From Eukaryota sp. GEM-RC1 (taxonomy: Eukaryota): a DNA stretch of 64,000 nucleotides. The stretch is from positions 1,178,001 to 1,242,000 of the forward strand of contig JAUFOQ010000004.1 of NCBI GenBank assembly GCA_040285855.1, read 5' to 3'. Of this stretch, positions 12,365-25,310 are shown piece by piece. The translations under genes and the position numbers were made by a program. The notes under the pieces were generated by a model. The model was not told the origin of the DNA. It saw only the letters and a program-made list of their open reading frames with translations, and made no database searches. The number at the start of each line of letters is the position of its first letter. Within the stretch, counting starts at the first letter, position 1.

Positions 12365-12638
12365 CATACTTGTGGATCACAAACACATGTCATTCTCACA
12401 TGTATGTGAGATCAATGATTTTTTCACATGTACAGAACAAAATGCTTCTGAAATCATTGATCTCGTCTGCCCCCATCAATGAAACTCCGATGGTAAAGAT
12501 CTTTATGCGCACATGGATCAATTAGCTCACTCTATTTGTCATAATATTCAGTTTTTGTGATCACAAATTGTGGTTGTGATATGTGATGTGTTTGTGATTG
12601 TGATCACACTGACAAAAGTAGTGTGATCCACAAGTATG
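12365..12638. mobile_element. hAT-type MITE, 274 bp
   Basis: Perfect 17-bp TIR CATACTTGTGGATCACA; perfect 8-bp TSD GTTTTGAC (12357-12364 and 12639-12646); TGTGA/TCACA subterminal repeats. Confidence 0.9.
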
Positions 12639-12814
12639 GTTTTGACTGTAGTGCAGTATTTGAACATTGGAGATTTGCTACTGATATAAGAAACGTTCAA
12701 CATAAACGAGTTGAATTATTAAATTAACACAGCAAGAGCAAAATGTAAAAAAGAAAAACTAACTGAAACTAATAATTTTTGATTTATACAGGATAATGAA
12801 TTGAATACACAACA

Positions 12815-14965
12815 CTAAAGTTTGATGGGATACTTCTTTTCATACAGTACCTTGGTTCGCTCAGGTCTTGAGTACTTGAAAAGAGTCTTATTCTTCTTAT
12901 TCTTCCACTTACACTTAATCCTCAGAAACTTAAGTGAACAATGCTTCTTCTTAAGATAGACTTGTAATTGAGCAAGAAGGGGATGATGCTTCATCTTAAC
13001 ATTAAATCCAAGTTCACACTTAGTTCCATGGATAAAAGCCTCAGGAACAATAGACATATCGAACTTTCCACTTAGTTTAGCACCAGCCTTAATAAAGAAC
13101 AAGTTAGACTCAACCTTTCCAGAGATCGTCACCCCAGCACGTGGAACAGCTCTGATAACAGCAGAGAGATCGGTATCACAAATCTTCCATTGGAAGGACA
13201 AATCAGCTTTAAGGGAGGCTCCAGCAGAGATCTTGATAGGAACAATTACCCAGATTCTATAAGAAACACTTGCACCCTTGGCTACGTGAGCTACTGGGAT
13301 AGTGTGGTAAGAACAGTCTAATTGCTTAGAAGGGAATGACTTATGATAGATCGACTTACCAAAGATCTTTAAATCAATTTGGTTTTCGGCAGGGGCTCCT
13401 CCAATCTTACCATACTCAGCAATGGCTCTGATAGCAGACTTATGATGACCAAGAAGTACCAAATCAACATTACCACTAGCTGAAGCAAGATAATCAAAGG
13501 TGGGGTTCTTACAGTTGAGGTTACTCATAGCTTCAACCTTGGAGTTTAGTTCTAAACCAGCAATGGATCCTCCAAAACGTTTACGGAAGGACCAAGTCTT
13601 GTGGAAGTCGAGTACTTTCCTATTTAATCCTTGGGTTAGGAAATCTTTGTTAGCAAATCTAATAACTTCAGAGACTGCATCGTTTTGAATTGATCTGTAC
13701 ATTAAAGAATCTTGCACAATGTTACAATCGGAATAGATAGCAGTTCTTGAAGCCACGTAAGCAACTGAAGTCAATGGAGAAAAGATCATCTTTCTCAACT
13801 CCATGGAAGCCATTACGTTCTCAGCAAATGTAAGAACAAAAGCAACAGCCTGAGTGAGTTCAAGATCCTCAGGGGTAGCTAGTTCTCTTATAGCAGTGTA
13901 AACACCAGCATCGAAATGATGAGCATCCTCGGCATCGTCAACAACTTCATGAAGGATATCCATGTTGAGATCTTTAGCTCCGGTAACTAACTTGGAAATG
14001 ATTTGATCCTTGGTTAATACATCATCTCTGTTTAAAGCAGGATCAACGTGGAGGAAGGCAAGAGCAGCAGAAAAGAGATCATCAAAGACACGTTCGTGTT
14101 CAGAAGGAATCTCAGTCAAAAGAGGTTCTTCTAAGTCTAAGTCAACTGCTTGGAGAGAATCATCAGTAAAGGTAACTTTGCCCATTTCATTAGAAGACTT
14201 TCGTAGAGTAAGAGTAACAGTTCCCTTGGAGACCATGTCTACATTAGACTCATCTCCATTAGAAGGATCAACATCAGTAGAGAGATCGGTCTTGAAGTTA
14301 GCTGGTTTCCATGCGACACTTATCTGATAACGACTGGAGTGGATAGTCTTAGATTTGGTGTTGAGTTTGGAGTTAGCCTTGGCAGAGAGGGTGACTCTCT
14401 TGGGATCGAGAGATTTGTCAGCAAGTTGCATAATGTCATCTTGTGAGAAGTGCTTTGCGGTGACTTCGTGGCCAGTTTCTTTGGAGCCCTTGTAGTTACT
14501 CATGTGAATACCAAGAGTGGTAGATTCCTTGATTTTGGAAGCCTTACCAGAGGGAATGAGAGTGTTGGCAAGAGAGTTGGCAGCAGCCATCTTTAGCTGG
14601 ACCATTTCAGTGTTGTCTCGTTTATCGATGGAGAGAGAACTGATGTGACCAGTAGCTTTCCAATTAAATGAGAAGGGGCGTCCAACAGCTTGATTACTAC
14701 CAGACACGATGTTAGCAACAACCTTGTAGACAGCTTTATCTTTTGATCCAGACACAGAGTTGATCTTGACATAAAGATAGCCAGCAAAAGACCCAGCATG
14801 ACCTTATATGAGTTTTTAGTATGACAAACCTGAAGTGGAAGTAGATTCGATCGTTACGGTAGCTTTCAGATCATAAATGAAAGAATGGCCCTTCTTAAGT
14901 ACCATATAGGGCTGCGCTGTTGCCGCAATCAGCAAACATGTTAATACAAAAACAAGCAAGCGCAT
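12815..14965 (-). CDS. Secreted ~700-aa beta-rich protein of unknown function (possibly large-lipid-transfer-like); 2 exons
   Basis: The signal-peptide exon MRLLVFVLTCLLIAATAQP (14965-14830) joins ORF 12815-14755 in frame after removal of a 27-nt intron. The family assignment is weak. Confidence 0.75.
14803..14829 (-). other. Spliceosomal intron, 27 nt
   Basis: GTTTGTCATACTAAAAACTCATATAAG. It contains an in-frame TAA; removing it restores the ORF. Confidence 0.85.
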
Positions 14966-15032
14966 ATTTCTAGGAAAGTGATGAGGAAATGGGCATAAAT
15001 TGTTTTCTCCTCTCGATCTTCACATTCGAATC

Positions 15033-15575
15033 ATGTTACAATCAGCAAGGCTTTTAGCCATCGCAGCTCACACTGGTCAGTACCGGCGTGGTGGGGACCC
15101 TTATTATAAACATCCTGAGCGAGTAGTGGATAACATCATCACCTATTTTCCACAGTTTTCCCATAACGATACTATTCTTGCCTCAGCATGGCTTCATGAC
15201 GTACTAGAAGATACCAGTACTACTCCTACAGATCTTTCTAGTCAAACCAGTCAGGATGTACTCAACATTGTTCTTGAATTGACAAATGACGTTCCCCAAC
15301 TAAAACTACTTGGCAAGAAACTGTATCTAATGCAAAAGATGTCTGAAATGTCTGACAATGCCTTAGTTATCAAACTCGCTGATCGACTGGACAACATTCA
15401 AGACCTGGATGTTTGTGATAGGAAGTGGGCTATAAAATATGCACAACAGACTAAGGACATTATGGAATATTTGCAAGACAAACGATTCAAATCAGAAAGT
15501 ACAATATTTCAACCAATCCTACAAGAAATCTTAGAAGTAGTCAATTCATTTTTGGAAAAACAAGTGAATGAATGA
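15033..15575 (+). CDS. Stand-alone HD-domain (p)ppGpp hydrolase (Mesh1/HDDC3/SpoT-HD-like)
   Basis: AH.GQYRR.G.PY..HP..V, AWLHDVLEDT, V.ELT, and VIKLADRLDN motifs. Confidence 0.88.
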   Translation: MLQSARLLAIAAHTGQYRRGGDPYYKHPERVVDNIITYFPQFSHNDTILASAWLHDVLEDTSTTPTDLSSQTSQDVLNIVLELTNDVPQLKLLGKKLYLMQKMSEMSDNALVIKLADRLDNIQDLDVCDRKWAIKYAQQTKDIMEYLQDKRFKSESTIFQPILQEILEVVNSFLEKQVNE

Positions 15576-15669
15576 TAATAACAGTATATTTGACATTTAT
15601 CCATGATAATAACACAATCTGCAGGTTTGGATAAAGATGCGGAAAAGTGTATATATAGTAAAATAATAC

Positions 15670-15753
15670 TATACCCTGCCTATTAGAGCATCGTGCTCTA
15701 TTCTAGAGCACTTTTTCCCTTGGTTTCATGGGTGCTCTATTAGGCAGGGTATA
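15670..15753. mobile_element. 84-bp palindromic mini-element, TA-flanked (Tc1/mariner-like MITE)
   Basis: TATACCCTGCCTATTAGAGCA ... TGCTCTATTAGGCAGGGTATA, 20/21 inverted match; internal AGAGCA/TGCTCT repeats. Confidence 0.7.
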
Positions 15754-16437
15754 CATAGTAATTCTTCTCAGTTTTAATTAATTTTCTAAGTTCTAGTGGT
15801 TCGAAAGTACTTGATTCTTCAGTCGAAAAATTGATTAACAGTATTGCAGTTCTTATTGTTTAATGGCTAATAACCATTTTGTCAATAAGAACAGAATCAA
15901 TCACAATTAACTTCTTTAATCAGTGAATCAGGATTCCATAGAAACACGTGATTGGTTATGACTCAATTCCAGTTCTAGGAAAAATACTTAGACGCACTTG
16001 AAGGTCAGTTACAGAACAATTTCACCAAGAGCTAATTTTTAAGTATAATCTTTAGCTTAGTTGTGTCTCGAATCGCAGCAATTAGCGATTCTCTTGGTGT
16101 CATGTACTTGAAAACCTCCAACATTACATATTGAATGCTCTTTTCATATTGTTTCAAATAAATAGTTTGGAAGTATCACGTCAGTACGAACAGGTTGTTA
16201 GTCAATCTTGTAGGAATTACCTGAATTACTGTTGATTAGAGACACACACCCTTTTTTTCCAATCTAGAGCGTTTTTAACCCAGAACTAAAAATAAACATG
16301 TAAAATAATATACTAATAATCTTGTTTAAATCTATCCACAAATAGAAACTGAACCAAAAAAAATCCTCACGGGTACAACTAATAGGATAAGTGAAAAAGC
16401 AAAAAAAAACTTGACAACAAATGACATTGATCGACTC

Positions 16438-16860
16438 TTACTTCATAAATTCATGAACAAAATGTTTAACATCAGAAATTCTGTCATACCAATGAATTAA
16501 GCTCAAATCACAGTTAAATCTATCAACAATCATATCACGTTGTCGATCAACAAAGAGATCACGACATTTCACAGCCCCAATGTTTGAATTGGAGGTTTAT
16601 GTAGAACGTATGAAAAAGTGGTTCTGAAACGTGACATTCATAAGTTGAAGGTGGGGTGAGAAAAACAGATCCAGGATAAGCAGAGAAAACGGAGGGGGGT
16701 GGAACATCATCAAGGTGTACCACCGCTGGGAAAAAAGAAGAAATAGGATGGTATTAAAGAAAACGACAACAACGTAAGGAAAATCACTGAGATTGCAGGA
16801 TATCGAACAAAAGATCGACAATACAACATAGTACGTGCACATATCATCAAGAAGAACGTT
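16438..16860 (-). pseudogene. Internally deleted duplicate of the glycosyltransferase-like gene at 18653-19759
   Basis: 16438-16590 aligns to 18653-18805, including a long near-identical block AAGCTCAAATCACA.TTAAATCTATCAACAATCATATCACGTTGTCGATCAACAAAGAGATCA. It then jumps to a match with ~19515 (GGAGGTTTATG...GTGACA). The rest matches weakly. Confidence 0.75.
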
Positions 16861-17462
16861 CGATTAAACGGTTTTGGGCACGGCTATTATAGTCTGTAAT
16901 GGAACAAGAAGTTCTAGATTTGTGGTTAGGATCAAATTTTCATTGTTGTGATATGTATATTTCACTGTGAAAGTTTAGCCAACTCAGGGTGTACAAGACT
17001 CCAGTGGATCTCTGCAACAATTCCAAGTGTGAATATGAGATTGATTCCAACATTCGTTCTTCCACAATCCACTATAGTATACGTTTTTGTGCTTTTTGAA
17101 TGATAATTCTTCATGATCTGTGTCTTTAATTGTTTGTCGTTTGCCAAGATAATTTTGTTTTAATCTTAAGAATCATGAATGGTAGGAAAACATTCGTTCG
17201 GTACGTCTGCTCGATTTTCTCCGAGAACAATCATATTAGGATGGGTATACCAACTAGAAGGATGTGCTAGAACAAGCTCATTATTGAAAAAACGACGTCC
17301 TGGCTCAATTTCGTGACTTGTAAACACAAATATCAGCGGAGATGCTATTCACAGGAAAATAGTTCTATATTTGTATTCGTTGAATGTTGTTCTATTTTCT
17401 AGGGATTTGATCACAAAAAGTGAGACTCATTTCCAATCGAGTTTCAGTTTAAAGTATTACAA

Positions 17463-17531
17463 CATGAGAATTAGTCTGAGTGAGACTAATTATCTTGTGA
17501 GACTAATTCCCAATACAGACTAATTACCATG
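17463..17531. mobile_element. 69-bp TIR mini-element
   Basis: CATGAGAATTAGTCTG ... CAGACTAATTACCATG (14/16 inverted match); internal GAGACTAATT repeats; no TSD. Confidence 0.5.
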
Positions 17532-18314
17532 ATTAGTGTATATAGTGTGTATGTTGATACAACGGAAGCAGTACTTAGTTCCTATACCTTTTAAACTCGG
17601 ATTACGTTCTGGAATGGGCACCAAGAGCCATAATGAACAAACAGACTATTCAGCTAAACTCGATTTCTATTGACACTATTCGTACTGGTGCAAATCTTCT
17701 TCAAGGCTCACTTCAATGCATAAAAAAATAACACACATTGTCAGTGTTTTACAATGTAATTCGTAATAGCTTTGGTTATAAAGCTGAAAAATACTAGTTC
17801 AAAGGTGTGGATATATAAATTACAAGCACACTACATTGTACTGGTACACGTTTAATTTCTTCTCGAGTCCGAATAGGGTACCATCATCACAGAATGAAAA
17901 TGGATACTCAAATCTTCTTTTCATTTACATCAATTCTGATTTGTTGTACTGTCAAACCAATAGAGTATATTTGAGATAAAGTAGGTGTTCATCGATTTCG
18001 AGTGTTGACTTGATAACTTAGGTCTCTACAATCCATCGCTGTTCTGCACAACACTGCTTATATTGTTTATGAAGGGACTGGACCCGTGTTAGTCGGAATT
18101 TCCAATGTATGAAGAATAAGCACATTGTGTTTCTATATTCACGATAACGAGTATTAATTTCAAGAAGACCCAGTAAAAACAAAGTGTGGATCATTGAAAC
18201 ATCTAAATCGTGACTACAGTACATGGAATGATGTTTGAACAGTTCAAGCGGTGATTAACCAAATTCATAATGACGTCACGTCACCTGGCCAAAAGGTCGA
18301 ACATGTAGATGATG

Positions 18315-18485
18315 AACAATGCCCTAGTTATTAAACTGATGGACTGGATAACATTCAAGACCCGGATGTCATTTATGGGTTTAGGTCTATAAAAGAAGCA
18401 CAACAGATGAGCCAATTGATCTCAAACAGAAAATACAATGTGTTCCATAGTTAATTCTAATTCTAAACAAAGCAAATGATAATAA
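18315..18485 (+). pseudogene. Decayed 3' fragment of the HD hydrolase gene
   Basis: ACAATGCCCTAGTTATTAAACT..GACTGGATAACATTCAAGACCCGGATGT..GCACAACAGA matches 15355-15450, with deletions. Confidence 0.75.
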
Positions 18486-18652
18486 GTAAATCAACTGTGA
18501 ACATCAGTTCTTCCCGTGTACTAACTATTTTTTGGTAGAAAAATGACTCAAAACACTTCACGGCAGATGTTCTGAATAACAGGTCAGGATATTGAATCCA
18601 TAATTTGAGTCGACAATTCTCAAATAGTACATGAGCGTAAAATAAAACGACT

Positions 18653-19759
18653 CTACTTCATATATTCGTCCACAAATTCTCTAACTTCATCGATACGATC
18701 ATACCAATGAACTAAGCTCAAATCACAATTAAATCTATCAACAATCATATCACGTTGTCGATCAACAAAGAGATCATAACACATAACTGCCCCAATAGTT
18801 GAATTCGTAGTAGTCAATGACACTACATTTAATCCAGAACACCTAAAATACCCACCGTAAACTAGAAAAGTCAATACAGTCTGATCTAATAACCAAGGTC
18901 CCGAGGTAGGCTCCAGCCTGTAGAACTCTTGAACCATTAACTCACAGGCTTTCGCTACTGCTCCAGCTGATCCAGCCAGAAATCCTCCATTGATCACTGA
19001 ATTGTGTTTAATCTTTGAAATAAAGTCATCTGGATACCATCTTTTCAGTCCACGCATTAGAGGAGGGTCTATTAGAGTTTTATTACCTTCACATCCTTCG
19101 AGAGAAACATAGATGGAGTGTGAAGAAATGAAAGGGAAAGGGTCGTTGAAAAGACAGAATCACGAGAGTCAATCATCATCAATCGATCAAAATCACGATT
19201 GTTCTTCACAAAATGAGCAATTATATCAAATCTAGAATTGACAACGTGTCCTGGGTAGAAATCAGTAAACTGATAGATGACGAATTGAGCTCCTTTACTT
19301 TTTAAAAAAAAGTAGGAAATTTGAATAAACAGGATCAGAAAAAACTGAATCCAGAATAAAATACAACTGAAAGAAGTCCTTGTGCTTTTGTGATAGTTTC
19401 GAATAAGATTGTACTAAGTTGTAACAATAGCTTATAGGATCTTCAACTTCTGATAACACTGTGATAACAATGTCAGAGGAAGTGCTGGGAGGAAATGAAG
19501 GTAATGGGCATGCAGGAGGTTTATGGAGAGTTGAGGGAGGAAATGGCTGTGAGAAGTGACAAGGAAAAGACGCTGGCGGTGACAGGAAAACAGAGGTTGG
19601 ATTGGAAGAAAAAGGGTCAACAGTTATGTGTAATCGAATGGGAAAGAAATAGAGACATGTTGGAATTGACAGAAACGAAAGTAATGTTAGGATGATCACG
19701 GAGACTTCTGGATATTTAAGAAAGAAGTAAGATGTTCTGTTCCAGCAAGCTCTCAGCAT
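18653..19759 (-). CDS. Type II membrane glycosyltransferase-like protein (GT-A-like), two frameshifts in T runs
   Basis: N-terminal TM helix and Pro-rich stem, then SRFDII..MIDSRDSVF(F)NDPF, VINGGFLAG, DQTVL and VHWYDR. Shifts at ~19305 and ~19150. Confidence 0.7.
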
Positions 19760-19832
19760 TTGTTATCACAAAAACAGGGCATGTGTGGAGGAGAAAGTTT
19801 TGTTGTAAATAATTGCCTGCTTGTCTGTCTCC

Positions 19833-20450
19833 ATGTCCAAGCGTCTCTCTTTCGAAGAAAAGCTAGAACGAGTTCTACAGTTTTTTCATGACAATCAAAG
19901 AATCTTTAATATGAAAGAGCTGGAAAAGAAGATCCCAAAAGCCACAGGTGTTACTCTTCAAACTGTTAAGGAAGTAGTTCAGTCTCTAGTAGATGATCGC
20001 CTCGTCGATACAGATAAAATCGGATCTGGAAACTTTTACTGGGCTTTTCTGTCACAGGCAAAGCTCTCACGGACTTCTGTTCTGAACAAACTACAGACTC
20101 AACTCTCTACTCTAAATGCCCAAGTCAAATCTCTAGAGAAAAAGCTTGCATCTTTGGAGTCTTTAAGATGCATAGATGGCAGACATTTTCTCATGGAAGA
20201 GTACTTGTCATTGCGAACAAGAGAGAAAGAGCTCAGTTCTCAATTATCTCAGTATAATTCTTTAGATCCTGAAGTAATTGATCAAATCAACTCTGAAACT
20301 GCAGAGTTCGTTGAAGCTGCAAACAGATGGGGTGAGAACATTTATACTATACGAAAACATTGTATAAAGGAGTTTCGTTTTAATCCATCGGATTTTGATG
20401 CACAGTTTGAAATCAATGAAGAACTAATGAATGACTTGGAGTTAAAGTAG
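19833..20450 (+). CDS. MND1: Meiotic nuclear division protein 1
   Basis: LSFEEK..FNMKELEK..G...QTVKEVVQSLVDD.LVD.DKIGSGNFYWAF and AANRW.ENI. Confidence 0.95.
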   Translation: MSKRLSFEEKLERVLQFFHDNQRIFNMKELEKKIPKATGVTLQTVKEVVQSLVDDRLVDTDKIGSGNFYWAFLSQAKLSRTSVLNKLQTQLSTLNAQVKSLEKKLASLESLRCIDGRHFLMEEYLSLRTREKELSSQLSQYNSLDPEVIDQINSETAEFVEAANRWGENIYTIRKHCIKEFRFNPSDFDAQFEINEELMNDLELK

Positions 20451-20629
20451 GAGTACATGAACCAAAACTAGAATCAGAATGTATAATCACATTGTCATCA
20501 TCGCGTATTATATTATAAACAACAGAAGTCTGAACACTTCTTCCGATTTTTGATCTTTCAATCAAACTTGTAATGAAAGAATTTTTGGTGTTAACCATGA
20601 AAGGTGATCAACTTACTAGACCCGTCTTC

Positions 20630-22142
20630 ATGTTGTGCTATTTCTGCCTCTTTATTTGTTTTGTCACTGTTTGTGCTGCTTTGACAGAAACAAATCGCTA
20701 TTTCGATGCAATTCCACACTATCTGGCCACGGTTCGTGCTGATCAACCCACCACCTTTTCTGCTAAATGCTTTAAACTAACTACAGCTACTCTTACAGTT
20801 GATTCCCATAAAGCTATCATAAGTATAAATTCCCAAAAGGCGGAGTCGTTTCATTGTCTTGATTGGTTCCTCATTTCCAATGGTAGGACCTTTAAACTCA
20901 AAGCGGCTATTAAACATGGTGACCACAAACTCGTCATTCCCCTTTCTGATAAGGAAGAACAGATCATTGGTGCCGGATTCCACATCTTCCAGATCTCCCT
21001 CAACTTCATTGACTACTTCCGTGATGTTCTTCAGCTGTACAACGTTCTCAAGCTTAAAGATCCCGTTGCCACCCAGCGGCTTGTTGAAGCACAGCTCGGT
21101 ATCAAATATCAAAAGCGATCTGTCTCCTTCATTGATCCTCGGCTTATGGAACCTCACATCCAATCTGGTGACGTTATTGTCATGACTAACTTCAACGATA
21201 ATGAGGTACGTTTCTCACTTCGTCTCAATCTAACTCTAGGCTCTCATAATGATTGGTTCCCTCTCTAGATCTGGACACGCCGCTATGTTCCTTCGACACC
21301 CCGATACAAATCAGTTATATGTTATAGAAGCTCAACCTGATGATTCTGAAGAACCATTCCCCTTTGGTCACGACATCTTTAAAACTAAGTTTGAAGATTG
21401 GCTCACGTCCGTCGTTAATGGCTCTTATTACGGCTGTAACCCCTCGTTTTGCCACGCTATCCATCTCCCCTTGTCAGATGAGTTTAGATCTCATTTCAAT
21501 AATAGAAAGGCCTGGGAATACTACATGGTTGCTGAGAAACACTATCCGTATAGTACATTTGGAGAGTTCTTTGCTGCAGCTGATTCCACCGATCCAAAGT
21601 CTTGGGCTTTTCCTCTCAATCCCATGCTGATTCCCTTTGTTGGAATTCTCGCTGATTCTTTCATGCCTGATTTTAGAGATCAATATCTCCTAAAAGGTTA
21701 TGAAAAAAGGTTAGATTTACCAGAAGGACATTTTACTGCATTTTCCGAGATACTGGAACATTGTGACAAACATGGAATAGACATTATTGAACTTTCTGCT
21801 GTACCAGAACAAGATTCTTGGACCTACAATGGCCTCCCAGCCCTTCAATGTTCTTCTTTGGTAGTTTCAATTCTACGTGCGTCTGGTGCTATCGACGGAG
21901 TTACTAAGGGTAAAGCCCATCTCATTAATGCTGTTGAGTTCCACCCTCGAGACATCTATTCTCTTGGAATTTATAAGTCTGGTAGACCTTCTGTATGTGA
22001 TGTTGATGATCTTCCCTATTGTCAGCTTGTTGGTGATAATATTATTGAACTTCCTGGATGGAACTCAGTACCAATGTATCCCAATATGAATGAAAGGTGC
22101 TTCATAAATCCAGTCTCCCCTAGGATGCCTGCTCAGTGTTAG
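20630..22142 (+). CDS. Secreted permuted papain-like (NlpC/P60-type) protein of the plant At1g70160-like family; 2 exons
   Basis: Signal peptide, IQSGD, GHAAMFL, PEQDSW.Y, CSSLV, EF.PRDIY, PYCQL.G...ELPG.N...YPNMNERC. Joined by the 34-nt intron 21206-21239. Confidence 0.75.
21206..21239 (+). other. Spliceosomal intron, 34 nt
   Basis: GTACGT...TCTAACTCTAG. Removal fuses ORFs 20573-21268 and 21249-22142 (NDNE|ALIMIGS). Confidence 0.9.
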
Positions 22143-23132
22143 TTATTGTTTTTAGTAAATATATGTAATTATTTGATTCATTTTATTTTTATTTTTTTGT
22201 ATTCAGTTCAATTTCACAGAAGATTTGTTTACACTCAACCTCTACAAGTTGGTATTAGGCGGAATAATTACCACCCAACTGAATCAGAGATTCAACAAGA
22301 GAGATGGAGTTATTTGTATTATGCACATCTAATAATCAACATCTGCTGGTCAATATAGGGAATATCAAAACAATATTCGGGAACTTATACCACAATAATA
22401 TATTATTGTTTCTTCAACTTCTATATGGATGCATTGGTTTTTCAAAAGTTAAATATTTACGTGAAGATGCCTTTTTGGGGTGTTTCAAGAATTTTGTCTT
22501 TGAATTTCGTATTCGATATATTGTCCTTTGGAATCGACGACAACGTTGTCACTGAATGACGAGTTTACAGCAGTTGTTTGCAAGTCTTGACATGGATGTT
22601 TGGTCGTCACTTTTTCCTGTTTCTTCAAGTGGATTTCTCAAAGTGCTCTTCCAATGCAGAAATGTGTGAATGACATGTGCAATCACGTTAATTGTAGAAA
22701 TTTTAGTCATTTGAGATCTTTAATCCACAACATGTTTGTAATCAGTGTTTAGCTAGGTTTAGATCTAATGGTTTCCACGACAAAGTTGAATCTCTTTTAT
22801 CTGCAACTTCTGATTCCTTTAATCGGAACAAAAGTCGTGGTGATATAATTGGACGTTGGAGAAACTCTCAAGACTTTACTACACTTGATCCTTGTAATTG
22901 TACTTCTACTAAAAAGTACTTAATGGTGAATTTTCGGCCATTGACCTTGCTGAAGACAATAACGTTCATCGATACATGGATTGCTTTGAAAAGTTAAACT
23001 CACTAAGACATAATGATTTGGAAGTTTCTTAATATCGAAATTAGGAACTGCAGCTAACAACTTCTTATGCTCGTTTAAGGATCTTTGTAATGATATCATC
23101 TTTTTTTCAAAGACTAATATTATTATGGGACG

Positions 23133-23856
23133 GGTTAAATAGGTGAAAATTTTTTCTAACGAGGTGAAAAATGATTGACCAAATTTCATTTAACTAATCA
23201 GGTGAAAATAAAACTAACTAGGTGAAAGTGAATACTATTTGCTAACCTATACATGAACATTCGCTGTTAAACTCTGTACATCGCTAACAATGCTTAGCTG
23301 CATTGTAAACATATTCATAGACTCTTTCTTTGTAATCAATAAACCAGTAACACTGTTCTCGTCATCATACTTCGGCAAAATGTCATCACTACACCTCTTG
23401 AGTATATAGTGAACAGCACTCTTAGATCCACGTTGGTTAAACTTCCATTTTACATTGGAAATTTGCCTTGATGTCAATAAGAGCTGTTTGTCTAAGTTCT
23501 TTTCTGCAGAGAGTTTATGAAAAGTAGTAAGTATTTTCTTGTTGATATCTAATTGTATAAGAGTCTGTTCTGGAGATAATCAGTGACGCATCAGCAAGTT
23601 AGAGGGGAACGGGAATGTAGGTTAAGTTCTTAGCCGTAGCAGTCCCTCATTCTCCTTGACGACGGGCGTATGCTGAAGCGACAGAGAATCCATGTTGTGC
23701 AGCATATTCATTCCATCGTCTCTGTATCTCCCCCAAAGTTGGGAATGTCTGTTTATCTTCTTCGTCAAGCTAAGGGACCCAATAAGATTCATCAGACATC
23801 GATACTGTAATTGTTGTACGTTTTTGAGTGAGGGTAGAATTTTCACCTAGTTAACC
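23133..23856. mobile_element. Degraded TIR element with a possible MULE/FAR1-like transposase remnant
   Basis: GGTTAAATAGGTGAAAATT ... AATTTTCACCTAGTTAACC (18/19) and AGGTGAAA repeats. The internal minus-strand peptide LTSRQISNVKWK..DDENSVTGLLI recalls the segment upstream of MULE catalytic domains. No TSD seen. Confidence 0.5.
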
Positions 23857-24409
23857 AATTTGTTCACCTTTTTATCGTTTTCCTTTTATTATAAATGTAA
23901 TAGATAAATCAACTAAAATTTGATATCATTAAAACAACACAAATCGCTATCAAACCTTACAACAGCTTTGTCCTCATAAATGGAACTCACTGCTAATAAA
24001 GCTTTTGAGATGATTAGGGGAACTGTTTTAAAAACAGTAAAAACGATCCTATTCCACCATAACATATGGTCAAAACGTTTGTCCATCCTATTTCTTACGA
24101 TTTTTCCGAAATCGTTAAAAAACTATCATCTAGTGTTTGCTCTATTTCGGTCTATGAACAATTACTTTGATTATAACTTGAAGAGTTTGTTTGGTGGTGG
24201 AGACGGTTGTGTGATGAAATAGTAGGTTTATATGTCCATTCTATTTTCATTATCGAATAAAACATTTTTTGTGTTGGGTAACCGGTCAGTGTTATGCTTT
24301 ACTTCTTTAGCCTGCACTTTTCGACATGAATGCAATGATTTAATGATAGTAGGACAAAACATCAATTTTCTGTTTCCAAAGCTTGTCTTGCCAATAGTTG
24401 TAAACACTT

Positions 24410-24658
24410 ATGAAACTTGTTGTTCATACATCTCCCTTTGCACGAGACGTAGTAGAAGTTGGTGATGGATCTCAAACTCTCGAATGGCTCTGCTTTTCTG
24501 CTCTTACTTCACACGATTTCTCGTCATTAAGTGACATACCATTACCTAAAACTGTGCGTGATGCCAATGGAACCAGTTTGCCTTTGGATGGTTCTATCAA
24601 AGACCACCTTTCTGATGGTCAGCATGTTTGGCTTAATATGAATGCAGATTTGGTATAA
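24410..24658 (+). CDS. Stand-alone Par3/HAL N-terminal (ubiquitin-like fold) domain protein
   Basis: MKLVVH....V.VGDGSQTL.WL...A....VRD..G..L....I...L.DGQHVW matches the recalled Par3_HAL_N pattern. Confidence 0.6.
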   Translation: MKLVVHTSPFARDVVEVGDGSQTLEWLCFSALTSHDFSSLSDIPLPKTVRDANGTSLPLDGSIKDHLSDGQHVWLNMNADLV

Positions 24659-24798
24659 GTATCAACAGTCATTAGGACGGCACTAGTAGTTGTAGAAACA
24701 CAGATTATTATGTGGAGCCATAATCTAAACAATTCTTGTAATTTATTATCAACAAGTTCACCGAAATTATTTACACCAATGTACAAACAAAAATAAAG

Positions 24799-25310
24799 TT
24801 AATTCACAATGTCATTGATCCGAATACGATTGAACCGTCTCTTTCCAACATCAGGCTTGGGTATACTTTCACTGGAACAACTTCTTGTTGGTCTGTTTGA
24901 AGAGAAATTAGAATGGTGTGGTTGGAGATTGAGATCCTGACCAAATGTTTGATTTACGGTGAAAGAGGAGGAACTCGGCAAAGAGAATGATCCAGAAGAA
25001 GAGAACGAACCAGAAGAGAATGAGTGGGAGTCGTACTGTGTGGAGAAGGAACCGGGTGAAGGAAATGGCATGGGAGGACTTTGGAAATTGTGGGGGTGTT
25101 GTGAGAGAACTCAGCTTTGAAGGATTCGATAAGACTGTCGGTTATGTTCAGCGTCAGAGGTGTTTTGGAATAATCACCAAGAGTGAAGGAAACAATACAA
25201 TCATCCAACTTTTGAGGTTTTGGGCGAGGAATACGCAGGGACGACCCATTGGATGAAACAATCCGGAACTTGGACGTGAGAGACTCAATGACGGGATCCT
25301 TCTTGGACAT
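24799..25310 (-). CDS. Hypothetical Ser/Pro-rich protein, one frameshift near 25075
   Basis: ORFs 24954-25310 and 24799-25071 overlap and plausibly join. No recognisable domain. Confidence 0.4.

Noticed and set aside
16880..17340. Minus-strand coding-like stretch
   Set aside because: Multiple stops and no recognisable family.
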